Assembly (NCBI GenBank): GCA_035500675.1
Contig: DATJXA010000066.1
Location: 1,169-65,168 of the forward strand
DNA from: Bacteroidota bacterium
GTDB lineage: Bacteria > Bacteroidota > Ignavibacteria > UBA10030 > UBA8401
Direction of reading: 5' to 3'
DNA: 64,000 nt
The translations under genes and the position numbers were made by a program. Below, one piece after another: positions 55,905 through 64,000 of this stretch. Every line of letters starts with the position of its first letter. The stretch's first letter is position 1. The notes below the pieces were generated by a model, which was not told the origin of the DNA, did not search any database, and worked only from the letters and a program-made list of their open reading frames with translations.

Positions 55905-57584
55905 TTACTTCAGCAACATCATTTTCTTCGACGCGAACGTGCTTCCGGATGACAACCTGTAGATGTACACTCCGCTGCTTAGTTTGGAAGCATCGAAGGT
56001 CACCTCGTGCGTGCCTGCCGCCATCTTGGAATCAACCAGCGAGGCTACCTCTTGGCCCAGAATATTGAATACCTTCAACGACACATTTCCGCTTTGCGGT
56101 AAGTCAAAGCTGATCTTTGTCGACGGGTTGAAGGGGTTAGGATAATTCTGGTGTAAGGAGAATGTCGTCGGAATTGTCTGTTTTCCGGACGGTTCGACGT
56201 TCGTCAATGCCCATGCCGCTTTCGCCGATGGATACCAATTGAGATCGCCTGCCGGGAATCCGCCCGATGCGCCGGTATATGCAGCTGCCGTCGTTTGATA
56301 CGTTAGGTTTAGCGTATCTTTGTAGTAGGTCCATCCCGGACGATAAAAATCGATGTCTGTCGTGAAGCCCGTGTTCACTTTTTGTTTGTTTGCGCCCGCG
56401 GGAAGCCAGTACCACGTACAGAAAGGAACCAAATTCCTTGTCGGATGTGCGAAGGTAATTGTTTCCTTCGTAAACGCTTTTGTAGAATCCTTTCCTAGTT
56501 GAGAATTAATATAATAAGACAAAGGAAGCAGGTTACCCAACCCGGCAGCGGCATGCGTATCATACCACGCCTGTAGCGCTGGCGTCACAGAATAAAAATT
56601 CCCTGACACGTACCATTTTGCGTCGGTCTTCGGTATTCCTAAACTGTCGGGGTAATTGGTCGGGGGCACGCATCCTACGAAATACATACGGAATGAACCG
56701 CTGGGCCCACGCTCGTTTGGATCTCCAAACTCAGCCTCGCGTACGGCGTCGGTACTGTCGTACCCAAGTGCAAAGTTATCCACAAAGACGTTGTTCGTGA
56801 TGATAACCGTCTTTCCTAAGATGCCAAGGCCGAGACAGCCATGCATAGACATTGAATTGACGACGGTATTATGGTCAAACATGAAATAACCGATACCTCC
56901 AACGCTCGCGTAATGTCGAACGATGCGATCCGTTCCATCCGTGAATGTACAATTCTGGAGCGTCACACTATCGACCGATACGTTGCGCAAATCGAGCGGC
57001 CTCCCGTTGCCGATGTTCGTTGCCCATAAATTTCCAGACTGCGCGAACAGTGAATTTGTAATCTTCACCGTGTGCAATGCAACGCTCGTTTGGACAGTCG
57101 CGCTCTTCCCGGCGACCAGCATACAGCTATCAATCCCGAGATGTAAATTTAGCGCATTCATAAGCACGATGTTCGTCGGTGCCGGAGAAAGAGGTGCGTT
57201 AGGAATCAATTGAGCGTAGCCCACCATTGCCAACCCTGTAAGGTACAGGTCGCCGTGTGCTTCGAACATTGTTGCCGGATAGGCTCCTGTACCGATATTT
57301 TGGTATTCATAAACGACCGGAGGATTTCCGGATCCGTATGCTGCCCTCACCCGGAGTGTCCAGCCGGTGTTAAGGATCTTCGTGTTGACGAGATAGACGC
57401 TGTCCCTTTCCAGGACGTAGATCCGAGAGCTGTCATTTCTGGCGCCGGATGCCGTCGTGTCGCCGGCAATGACGTCGTTCAAAAAGCCGGCCGAGCCAAC
57501 GCCTCCTACAAGCATTTCATGCTGGCTGAAGCTCAGGCATGGCAGCAGCAGAACAAAAGCCGCTATTGTTAAAATGGTTCTCAT
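55905..57584 (-). CDS. Secreted right-handed beta-helix protein with T9SS C-terminal sorting domain (glycan-binding or lyase-like; function unknown)
   Basis: The signal peptide is 'MRTILTIAAFVLLLPCLSFSQ'. PbH1-like repeats are present ('VKITNSLF', 'VTLQNCTF', 'FMFDHNTVV', 'VIITNNVFV'). The C-terminus is 'NYPNPFNPSTKISFDLPQSGNVSLKVFNILGQEV...SKKMMLLK'. Confidence 0.65.
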   Translation of the reverse strand: MRTILTIAAFVLLLPCLSFSQHEMLVGGVGSAGFLNDVIAGDTTASGARNDSSRIYVLERDSVYLVNTKILNTGWTLRVRAAYGSGNPPVVYEYQNIGTGAYPATMFEAHGDLYLTGLAMVGYAQLIPNAPLSPAPTNIVLMNALNLHLGIDSCMLVAGKSATVQTSVALHTVKITNSLFAQSGNLWATNIGNGRPLDLRNVSVDSVTLQNCTFTDGTDRIVRHYASVGGIGYFMFDHNTVVNSMSMHGCLGLGILGKTVIITNNVFVDNFALGYDSTDAVREAEFGDPNERGPSGSFRMYFVGCVPPTNYPDSLGIPKTDAKWYVSGNFYSVTPALQAWYDTHAAAGLGNLLPLSYYINSQLGKDSTKAFTKETITFAHPTRNLVPFCTWYWLPAGANKQKVNTGFTTDIDFYRPGWTYYKDTLNLTYQTTAAAYTGASGGFPAGDLNWYPSAKAAWALTNVEPSGKQTIPTTFSLHQNYPNPFNPSTKISFDLPQSGNVSLKVFNILGQEVASLVDSKMAAGTHEVTFDASKLSSGVYIYRLSSGSTFASKKMMLLK

Positions 57585-57662
57585 TGTTACCTCCTTGTAA
57601 TTAATGAGTACGGTGGATTATGGTGATGTTGAATCTGGAGCTTAAAACGTTCGTCCATTCTT

Positions 57663-60632
57663 TTATAGATCGATTCTAACCCCAAGGTCTGCGCCAAAAC
57701 CATACTTATTGTTCGTATTCGGCAGATCCCACTCGGGATGGTAGCGGTCTACATAACTGTTACCCTCTTGCGCGTTCGTGATATTATTAAGATTCAATAG
57801 AACGGAGATGTGATCTGTTATTTTTTGTTTTAGAGCGATGTCAATTTTTGTGAAACTGTCCTCTACGATGTCGCTCCGACTATCTGAAGAAAAGCTGCTG
57901 TTGTAGCTTCCTTGGTAAAAACCTGAAATCCTGAAGGAAAAACCGTCAATATCGTATCCCAGCGAGGCATTCCCGAAAAATTCAGGCTGGTCCTCCAATT
58001 TTTCCTTCTTCTCAACGATGACATTGACAGGATTGGGAATTTTTCCTACGAAAGGAATGGTGACATACGTTGTTTCGATCGAGGAAGTCCACAAGTATGC
58101 TTGTGAACGAACGATAGAGAAATTGTAGTTTAGCACGATATTTTTCAGATAGCCCGGCAGAAATCCGAAGTTCGCCTGATGTTCAACTTCAAAACCCCAG
58201 ACAAGAGTCGGATGTGTAGAATTGTATGGAGCTGTCAGATCATATCCGGTATTGACCGGCCACGGATCTTTCCATTTGAGGCCCAAAGTGTCTATGGCGG
58301 CTTGGCTTTGAACGGGAACCCCATTTACGATGTGGTACATGTTCTTGATTACTTTATAAAAAGCAGAGACGGAAAAAAGTCCGATATCGTTTCCATAGAA
58401 TTGAGTCTGAAGTTCATAGTTCCACGCATCGGCATTCTTAAGGTCAGGATTGCCCAGTGTTAAAACATCGCCGCTTGCCGATTGCGCCACGTACTTTGCC
58501 AGACGCATATTGAAATCTGGTCGAGCAATTGCTTCATACGCAGCGAGCCGAATGTTCATAAAATCTAACGGGCGGACAATTCCCTGCACATTTGGAAGGA
58601 CGATCGTTTCCGAATGATTCGCTGTTGTGTCATGCAATATCCCTTGCGGGAATGGGAATCCGCTGATGGGATTTGGCGTAAACTTCGAGGTGTAATCATT
58701 ATTGTCGGCTTCAATGCGAGCCCCCAGGATGAGAGACACTTCGCGGCCGAAGTTGAACGTATTCATGGCATAGCCCGCGGAGACTCTTTCGGTGATGCTG
58801 TATCCATTTCCGTCAACTTGATTGTCCCTGTAATATTCCGGCTCTCCGCCTGACGCATCTGTCACGCCGTTGATATTGAGTTGGCGCCACAGTTCCAAGG
58901 CGTCTCGGTCGATGAGTGGGTATAAAGAATATTTTCCATAAATTGAACGCGACGGCGGATTGGGGTCGAGAAAATTTGAGAAGATGACCCGTCCTCCCAC
59001 AAGCTTGTAATTTAAAACTCTCGGATCTTTGGGCCCGATCGATCCGTCGGGCAAACGTTGTAGCGTGGGATAGTTATACAGGTAATAGTTAGCCCGAAAT
59101 TCTTCTTCCTGGTCGGTCCGGCTTACCTGCCGGTACTTACCTCCAAATTTAAATACGCCTGAAAGGTTGTCTGCCAGAGAGTATTCTTTTTTCAGGTCGA
59201 GCGAGCCTGTATATTCGTTATCGGCGTTCGCCTGATAATAATCATTCGCTTGATTAAGAATCGCTGCGTTAAAATTGTCGAACGCATACGGCACCCAATC
59301 CTCGACGGGACCTTTCAGAAGGTTGGTCGGTACATCTTTCATGCCAGACGAGGGGGTGGAAGATTCCGTAAAGTTTAGTTCAAAGTCATACGGGTCGTGA
59401 CTTTGCGACCGCGCAAAAGCCGCATTCCATGTTTCCTCGAAGCCCAGTAAATAATTGTCGCCATGCAGCGACGTATTAAACGTTGAGATGTCTGTCGTGC
59501 GATCGCGATAATCGTATGCAACGCCGCCATTCGGCACGTATGTTCTATAGGAGGTCAGGTAGTCGCGGGACGTTTGATCAAAGACCGTATTAAATCTCAC
59601 CGACCCGCTGTCCGGCGTGTCATAATCAAAAAGCAAGCTTCCCCCTCCACGTTTTCGGATCTCATTTGTATATATCGGCTCAAACTGAGTTATCTCATAG
59701 TCATTTCCGCTTTTAAACCCGGTGAGGTCGTACGTGTAATCTGTCGATTCGTTACTGCGGATAAGCCGCTCAAGATTCCCGGAGGCTTGAATGCCGAGAC
59801 GGTCGTCGAAGAAGCGTTCGCCGTACCGGCCGGAAAAGTTATACTGATTTGTCGACTTATCGAGGGCGTTGTAGGAGCCAATCGGTTCAAGACGAAGGAG
59901 GCGTTCCGAAGGAGCTTTCTTTGTCACGAGGTTTACCGTTCCAGCAATTGCGTCGCCGTCTTTATCTGCGGTGAGCGCTTTTGACAACTCAATCCCCGCA
60001 AGCGACCCTTGTGCGATCGTGCTCAAGTCGACGCCCTGATCGTTTTCGTCTGTCGACGCAATTCTCACACCGTCAACAGTTACGGTAGAGAACTTCGGGC
60101 TCATCCCGCGGAGAACTACTTGACTTGCCTCGCCACCGCTCCGCAAAAGTGAAACGCCCGGCAGTCTGCCGATGGCCTCCGCCGCGTTGGCATCGGGCAG
60201 CTCCTGGATCTTTTCTTCCGAAACGACATTCTCGATTGTCGTCGCGGTGAGCTGTTGGTTGATCGCGGCCATTTGCCCGCTCATTTGGCCCGTGACAACA
60301 ACCTCTTTACCCCTGATGATCGCCGGTTTCAGGAGGACATTCAATTGTATCGAAGTGTTTTTTGTGAAATCAACGTCGATCGTTTGCGGCTCATATCCGA
60401 TACAAGATACTTTTACGCGGAACGCTCGCTGCGGAATTCCCGTGATCCGATACTCACCGTCGATATCTGTCGCGGAGCCGATGGCCGTGCCGGTGAGAAA
60501 TACGTTCACACCGATGATGACGTCGTGTGTGGTAGAGTCAGTGACCACTCCTTGCAGCGTGCATTGTGCAAAAGCGGCAAGCGGTGTCAAGAAAAGCACC
60601 AACAGAAAAAGCACTGCGGAAAGCGTTTTCAT
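57663..60632 (-). CDS. TonB-dependent receptor with N-terminal carboxypeptidase-regulatory-like domain (carbohydrate-scavenging CUT-locus type)
   Basis: The ATG at 60632 is preceded by GGAGGC. The signal peptide is 'MKTLSAVLFLLVLFLTPLAAFAQ'. 'GVVTDSTTHDVIIGVNVFLTGT...DGEYRITGIP' is CarboxypepD_reg-like. The plug reads 'ENVVSEEKIQELPDANAAEAIGRLPGVSLLRSGGEASQVVLRGM'. Confidence 0.9.
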   Translation of the reverse strand: MKTLSAVLFLLVLFLTPLAAFAQCTLQGVVTDSTTHDVIIGVNVFLTGTAIGSATDIDGEYRITGIPQRAFRVKVSCIGYEPQTIDVDFTKNTSIQLNVLLKPAIIRGKEVVVTGQMSGQMAAINQQLTATTIENVVSEEKIQELPDANAAEAIGRLPGVSLLRSGGEASQVVLRGMSPKFSTVTVDGVRIASTDENDQGVDLSTIAQGSLAGIELSKALTADKDGDAIAGTVNLVTKKAPSERLLRLEPIGSYNALDKSTNQYNFSGRYGERFFDDRLGIQASGNLERLIRSNESTDYTYDLTGFKSGNDYEITQFEPIYTNEIRKRGGGSLLFDYDTPDSGSVRFNTVFDQTSRDYLTSYRTYVPNGGVAYDYRDRTTDISTFNTSLHGDNYLLGFEETWNAAFARSQSHDPYDFELNFTESSTPSSGMKDVPTNLLKGPVEDWVPYAFDNFNAAILNQANDYYQANADNEYTGSLDLKKEYSLADNLSGVFKFGGKYRQVSRTDQEEEFRANYYLYNYPTLQRLPDGSIGPKDPRVLNYKLVGGRVIFSNFLDPNPPSRSIYGKYSLYPLIDRDALELWRQLNINGVTDASGGEPEYYRDNQVDGNGYSITERVSAGYAMNTFNFGREVSLILGARIEADNNDYTSKFTPNPISGFPFPQGILHDTTANHSETIVLPNVQGIVRPLDFMNIRLAAYEAIARPDFNMRLAKYVAQSASGDVLTLGNPDLKNADAWNYELQTQFYGNDIGLFSVSAFYKVIKNMYHIVNGVPVQSQAAIDTLGLKWKDPWPVNTGYDLTAPYNSTHPTLVWGFEVEHQANFGFLPGYLKNIVLNYNFSIVRSQAYLWTSSIETTYVTIPFVGKIPNPVNVIVEKKEKLEDQPEFFGNASLGYDIDGFSFRISGFYQGSYNSSFSSDSRSDIVEDSFTKIDIALKQKITDHISVLLNLNNITNAQEGNSYVDRYHPEWDLPNTNNKYGFGADLGVRIDL

Positions 60633-60896
60633 AGAGATGGCCTCCGATAGTAAGATGGAAAGACGATTACAATTCTGTGCGATTACCGAGCATCGATATT
60701 TCGTACGCCGATTGTTGTCACCGCCTAACACCACTCCGCAGAAAACATTCACCCTTGCACCGGGCAGGACAATCTTCAAGCCCTTTCAGGAATTCATTTT
60801 TAGCTTACCATAAAACGGACGGCAAATCGCTGATTCAACAGGAGAACATTCGAACAGGCTCGCCCCCCGTTGAGCGCTGACGGCAGTAAACGGATG

Positions 60897-61898
60897 CTAC
60901 GTTGATTGTCGGATGATGAGCTGCGTATCCATCACGAGCGTTTTGGGTCCTGTCACCTTATGGTGAATCGTGTCGATCAAGGTGTGAGCAGATGTTCTTC
61001 CCATCTCGACTGAAGGTTGATTGACGGTAGAAAAAGGAGGATCGAGAAGGCTTGAAATTCTTGTGTTGCCAAACCCTATTACGGCAATGTCCTTTGGAAT
61101 GCGTAAACCAGCTTCTCTGATTCTTTGGAATGCGCCGATGGCAACCGGATCGTTCACGGCAAAAAGCGCTTGTGGCATTTCTCCGCCTTTGAGCAGTACG
61201 TCCATTGCTTGATAGCCATCCTGTTCTTCAAGACCGCCATGCTGGACGTCACCGTTCGGCCTCGGAAGGCGATGAAGTTCCAGCGCATCCAAGTACCCCT
61301 TGAGGCGTCTGTCAGAAATAGCGAGATGCTGAGGTCCGGCAAAGTGCGCAATCTTTTTATAGCCTCGCTCGATGAGGTGGTTGACGGCGTCGAATGCTCC
61401 TTTGCGGTCGTCGATGATGACTTTGCTTGCTTCGATATCGTCGCACGCGCGATCAAAAAACACGATAGGGATCTTACGGTTGAGGAAGCTTTGGAAATGC
61501 TCGCTGGATTTTGTGTTCTGAGCAATCGAAACGATCAGGCCGGCAACTCGATGATGCATGAGCAGGTTTGCGTTCACAACTTCCGTTTCATAGTCTTCGT
61601 TCGATTGACAAAGAAGGATCGTATATCCCGCCCGGTTTGCCACCTGTTCTATTCCACTGATCGCCGATGAAAAAAAATCGTTCTTGATGAGCGGGACGAT
61701 GACGCCGATCGTCTTCGTTTGACTCCTCTTCAAACTTAGCGCAATCGTGTTAGGAAAGTACTGGAGCTCTGTTGCGGCCTTCCTGACCCTCGCCTTGGTC
61801 TCATCCTTAATATCCGGATGGTTGCTCAATGCACGTGAGACGGTGGAAGCCGAGACGCCTAGCTTCTTTGCGACGTCAAAAATGGTTGTTTGCTTCAT
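60897..61898 (-). CDS. LacI-family transcriptional regulator
   Basis: The HTH is 'MKQTTIFDVAKKLGVSASTVSRALSNHPDIKDETKARV', followed by a periplasmic-binding-protein-like sugar-binding core. Confidence 0.9.
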   Translation of the reverse strand: MKQTTIFDVAKKLGVSASTVSRALSNHPDIKDETKARVRKAATELQYFPNTIALSLKRSQTKTIGVIVPLIKNDFFSSAISGIEQVANRAGYTILLCQSNEDYETEVVNANLLMHHRVAGLIVSIAQNTKSSEHFQSFLNRKIPIVFFDRACDDIEASKVIIDDRKGAFDAVNHLIERGYKKIAHFAGPQHLAISDRRLKGYLDALELHRLPRPNGDVQHGGLEEQDGYQAMDVLLKGGEMPQALFAVNDPVAIGAFQRIREAGLRIPKDIAVIGFGNTRISSLLDPPFSTVNQPSVEMGRTSAHTLIDTIHHKVTGPKTLVMDTQLIIRQST

Positions 61899-61903
61899 TT
61901 TAT

Positions 61904-61927
61904 GCAATCGATTGCGGTATCGATTGC
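61904..61927. promoter_or_regulatory. Candidate LacI-type operator(s) immediately upstream of the LacI start codon
   Basis: A perfect 12-bp palindrome, GCAATCGATTGC (61904-61915), lies 5 nt from the ATG and has a central CG as in LacI/GalR operators. A partial second copy, ATCGATTGC, follows at 61919-61927. Confidence 0.45.
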
Positions 61928-62098
61928 TATATGCAAAAGTATAAATGTAATGTCAAGTATTTTTTTATTTTTCAGCAGAAAAGTCAGAAAATTGACCAAT
62001 TTTGGCGTTTTTTAAAGACTTAGCGAAGGGGTGCCACAAATTGGTATTGAGGAGTATCTGGCTACTTAAAGAAGCGATGTGAGGACGCCAGAGGTAGT

Positions 62099-62216
62099 GG
62101 TACGTTTTGCCATTTCCTTCCACCGTTATATGGATTCCCGCCAGAAGCATGCGGGCATGACGAACGCTGAGTCTGCGTCATTCCCGAACGTTTCTATCGG
62201 GAATCCAAAACGTACC
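62099..62216. repeat. Nested palindromic element (two inverted ~30-nt hairpin units inside a 10-bp outer inverted repeat)
   Basis: The outer inverted repeat is GGTACGTTTT (62099-62108) / AAAACGTACC (62207-62216). The inner units are GGATTCCCGC-9nt-GCGGGCATGAC (62132-62161) and GTCATTCCCGA-9nt-TCGGGAATCC (62177-62206), which are reverse-complement copies of each other. Confidence 0.55.
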
Positions 62217-62249
62217 ATTATCACGCCGGGAACAGCCGAGACTGTCTGG

Positions 62250-62669
62250 TCAGCGAGAGCAAAATTGCTTTAACCATTCTCTCGCTTCTCGGTCGTTCGA
62301 AAATGACTTCATCGGTATTGGGGGCGGTTTGAATGCGAACAACAAATTCATAATGAGTTTTGCCAGCCCGGGTCGAGAGACCATCGCCATCGCAGAATAA
62401 ATGTCCGACAGGTGTTCAGTCGAAAATTTCTGAGTTGCTTTGTCGGGCACAGGAGAGTTGCACAAATAGATCAACAAAGGAACTTGCTTGTTGCCCGTGA
62501 TGCGTTTGACCAAGGAAATATTTTCAGAGATGTTTTGAACGGTCCGCTTCGGATCTTTTGATAGCGAGTTTAAGATGCCGTTCTCGTCCATCCAATACGT
62601 CGCTATCTCTCCCTCAAAAACTTCTACGTGGTCGGGCGGCTTCATTCCGTCTTTCTGTCCTTCGATCAC
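62250..62669 (-). CDS. Hypothetical protein (STAS/SpoIIAA-like fold suspected)
   Basis: The ORF starts 17 nt downstream of kduI on the same strand. No diagnostic motif was seen; the fold guess is low confidence. Confidence 0.4.
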   Translation of the reverse strand: MIEGQKDGMKPPDHVEVFEGEIATYWMDENGILNSLSKDPKRTVQNISENISLVKRITGNKQVPLLIYLCNSPVPDKATQKFSTEHLSDIYSAMAMVSRPGLAKLIMNLLFAFKPPPIPMKSFSNDREAREWLKQFCSR

Positions 62670-62686
62670 ATTAGGGAGGACAATCT

Positions 62687-63520
62687 TTATCCTATCGATT
62701 TCATCTCTACCCAGTCCATATCGTCAAACGCCTGATTCTCCCCTCCCATAGCCCAAATGAAAGAATAGTTTTGAGTGCCGACCCCGGAATGAATAGACCA
62801 GCTCGGTGAAATGACAGCCTGCCTATTACGAACGACGATGTGCCGCGTCTCTCCCGGCTCTCCCATAAGGTGAAACAAGATCGCCGGCTCAGCCAGATTG
62901 AAATACATGTAGATCTCAGACCGGCGCTGATGTGTGTGGACAGGCATCGTATTCCACACGCTTCCCTCTTCCAACTCCGTTAGCCCCATCACAAGCTGAC
63001 AACTTTTAATCCCGTTTGGGTGAATATATTTATTGATGGTGCGTTTATTTGAATCTTTCACACTCCCCATCGGCGCGTGTTCGACATCCACAAACGCCGC
63101 GTGGACGGTCGGAAAATCTTTATGCGCAGGATAACTGGCGAAATAAAATGCAGCAGGCTCTTTCGATGACCGGCTGCCAAACTCGACCTCCTTTGTCCCG
63201 CGGCCGATGTAGAGAGCATCCTTGTACGCCATCGGATATTCCTTGCCGTCGGCCTTCACATACCCGTCTTTACCGATGTTGATGATCCCCATCTCGCGTC
63301 TCTCGAGAAAATACTCCGCGGCCATCTCTTTCTTGCTGCTGAGCAATTTTAGTCTTTCTCCTTCTGGAGCCGCGGACCCGATAATCGAACGATCCACGTC
63401 TGAATATACCATCGCAACCGTTCCCGGCTTGAATAACGTATCCACCATAAACATTTTCCGAATTTCCTCGGTTGACAATTTTCGCGTTGCGTGAGGGTCT
63501 GCCGTATACCGTACTTCCAT
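62687..63520 (-). CDS. kduI: 5-dehydro-4-deoxy-D-glucuronate isomerase
   Basis: 'YFLERREMGIINIG', 'RTINKYIHPNGIKSCQLVMGLTELEEGSVWNTMPVHTHQRRSEIYMYFNL' and 'AVISPSWSIHSGVGTQNYSFIWAMGGENQAFDDMD' are collinear with E. coli KduI. Confidence 0.9.
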   Translation of the reverse strand: MEVRYTADPHATRKLSTEEIRKMFMVDTLFKPGTVAMVYSDVDRSIIGSAAPEGERLKLLSSKKEMAAEYFLERREMGIINIGKDGYVKADGKEYPMAYKDALYIGRGTKEVEFGSRSSKEPAAFYFASYPAHKDFPTVHAAFVDVEHAPMGSVKDSNKRTINKYIHPNGIKSCQLVMGLTELEEGSVWNTMPVHTHQRRSEIYMYFNLAEPAILFHLMGEPGETRHIVVRNRQAVISPSWSIHSGVGTQNYSFIWAMGGENQAFDDMDWVEMKSIG

Positions 63521-63535
63521 GATATTATCCTTTCA

Positions 63536-64000
63536 TCAGTGTGAAATAAAAATATTTTTTCCCAATTCAAGATAGGTCCCTTTGAAATCCTGGTTGCGCG
63601 CCTCGATCACCATGGGACGACGATAATCTGGTATGAATTCGATCTGTGCTTTTCCGTTTGCCATTTCAATGACGTCGCTCCCGACAGGCGTGCCTTGATC
63701 GACGATCAACCTTCCTGCACCCAAGCTGGAAAAATACACCCTTTTGTTATAGTCGAGGCATCGTCTTCCGGCCATGTCGACGGCAGTCGCTGCGATCATG
63801 AGCGTATCCTTCGAGATGTGTGTATACGAGAGATCAATTTGAGCCGCCTCGCCGGTCTTTTTATACGTGTAATGGACCATGATACTGTCCTGAGCGGTTT
63901 TTGCGCCATGGCGATATCCAACCGCTACCATAGAATTGTCCCCTTCCGCAAACAGAATGGGCCATCGCAATCCGCTCGCGGGAAAGTCTTTGATATCTCT
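63536..64000 (-). CDS. C-terminal part of a larger protein continuing past the window edge (possibly the Ig-like C-terminus of a GH2-type glycosidase)
   Basis: The minus-strand frame stays open from 63970 to nt 64000 ('RDIKDFPASGLRWPILFAEG...'), so the listed TTG start is probably internal. The functional guess is weak. Confidence 0.5.
   Translation of the reverse strand, partial: RDIKDFPASGLRWPILFAEGDNSMVAVGYRHGAKTAQDSIMVHYTYKKTGEAAQIDLSYTHISKDTLMIAATAVDMAGRRCLDYNKRVYFSSLGAGRLIVDQGTPVGSDVIEMANGKAQIEFIPDYRRPMVIEARNQDFKGTYLELGKNIFISH

Noticed and set aside
60633-60896. Second LacI operator upstream of the TonB-dependent receptor gene.
   Set aside because: Only half-site-like words (CGATTAC twice, CGATTGT once) occur, without palindromic arrangement. 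That is not enough to call an operator.
13963-62216. CRISPR array or tandem-repeat locus formed by the recurring palindromic words.
   Set aside because: The copies are scattered singly in separate spacers kilobases apart. They are imperfect, have no regular repeat-spacer periodicity, and no cas genes are present.
62079-62273. 64-aa ORF 'MRTPEVVVRFAISFHRYMDSRQKHAGMTNAESASFPNVSIGNP...'.
   Set aside because: It is the translation of the palindromic element at 62099-62216. This is the typical 'MDSR...' artefact of that repeat class.
1-64000. Mobile element, prophage, defence island or secondary-metabolite cluster.
   Set aside because: No ORF shows integrase, transposase, recombinase, phage structural, restriction-modification, toxin-antitoxin, NRPS/PKS or radical-SAM signatures. 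The accessory character of the window comes from glycan-utilisation and surface-polysaccharide genes.

Overview
This is a 64-kb bacterial window with about 50% GC by eye. I found no rRNA, tRNA, CRISPR array, transposase or integrase. Three intact type IX secretion (T9SS) C-terminal sorting domains and one decayed copy place the organism in the FCB group (Bacteroidota/Ignavibacteriota-like); that placement is inference. Shine-Dalgarno-like AGGAGG sites precede several start codons.

Layout:
(i) 1-7.6 kb holds surface-polysaccharide genes: an O-antigen-ligase-like protein, a tandem GT4 glycosyltransferase fusion and an NDP-sugar transferase. A hybrid histidine kinase sits among them, and its kinase core looks catalytically dead while its receiver looks intact. 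A low-molecular-weight tyrosine phosphatase directly abuts it.
(ii) 8-22 kb holds small envelope proteins (LysM/coiled-coil, Lpp-like), an orphan T9SS sorting-domain remnant, a REC-REC-PPDK_N protein, gdhA, pepT, an OPT transporter, an esterase and a TPR protein.
(iii) 22.7-64 kb is a very large glycan-utilisation locus, almost entirely on the minus strand. It encodes two GH28 enzymes, GH105, GH27, GH29, GH79-like and GH95-like proteins, a heparinase II/III-like protein, an SGNH esterase, a KdgF-like cupin, KduI, a T9SS-secreted PQQ sugar dehydrogenase and a T9SS beta-helix protein. It also carries a CUT-type TonB-dependent receptor without SusD, a LacI regulator, and an embedded 6-deoxyhexose (fucose/rhamnose) catabolic operon with signal-bearing mutarotases and a LarA (nickel-pincer racemase) homolog.

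The most unusual items are the LarA homolog inside the deoxy-sugar operon, the pseudo-kinase/receiver plus LMW-PTP pair, the REC-REC-PPDK_N protein, three large unclassifiable proteins in the core of the glycan operon, and a family of intergenic palindromic elements.

All family calls rest on motifs read by eye. No database searches were run.
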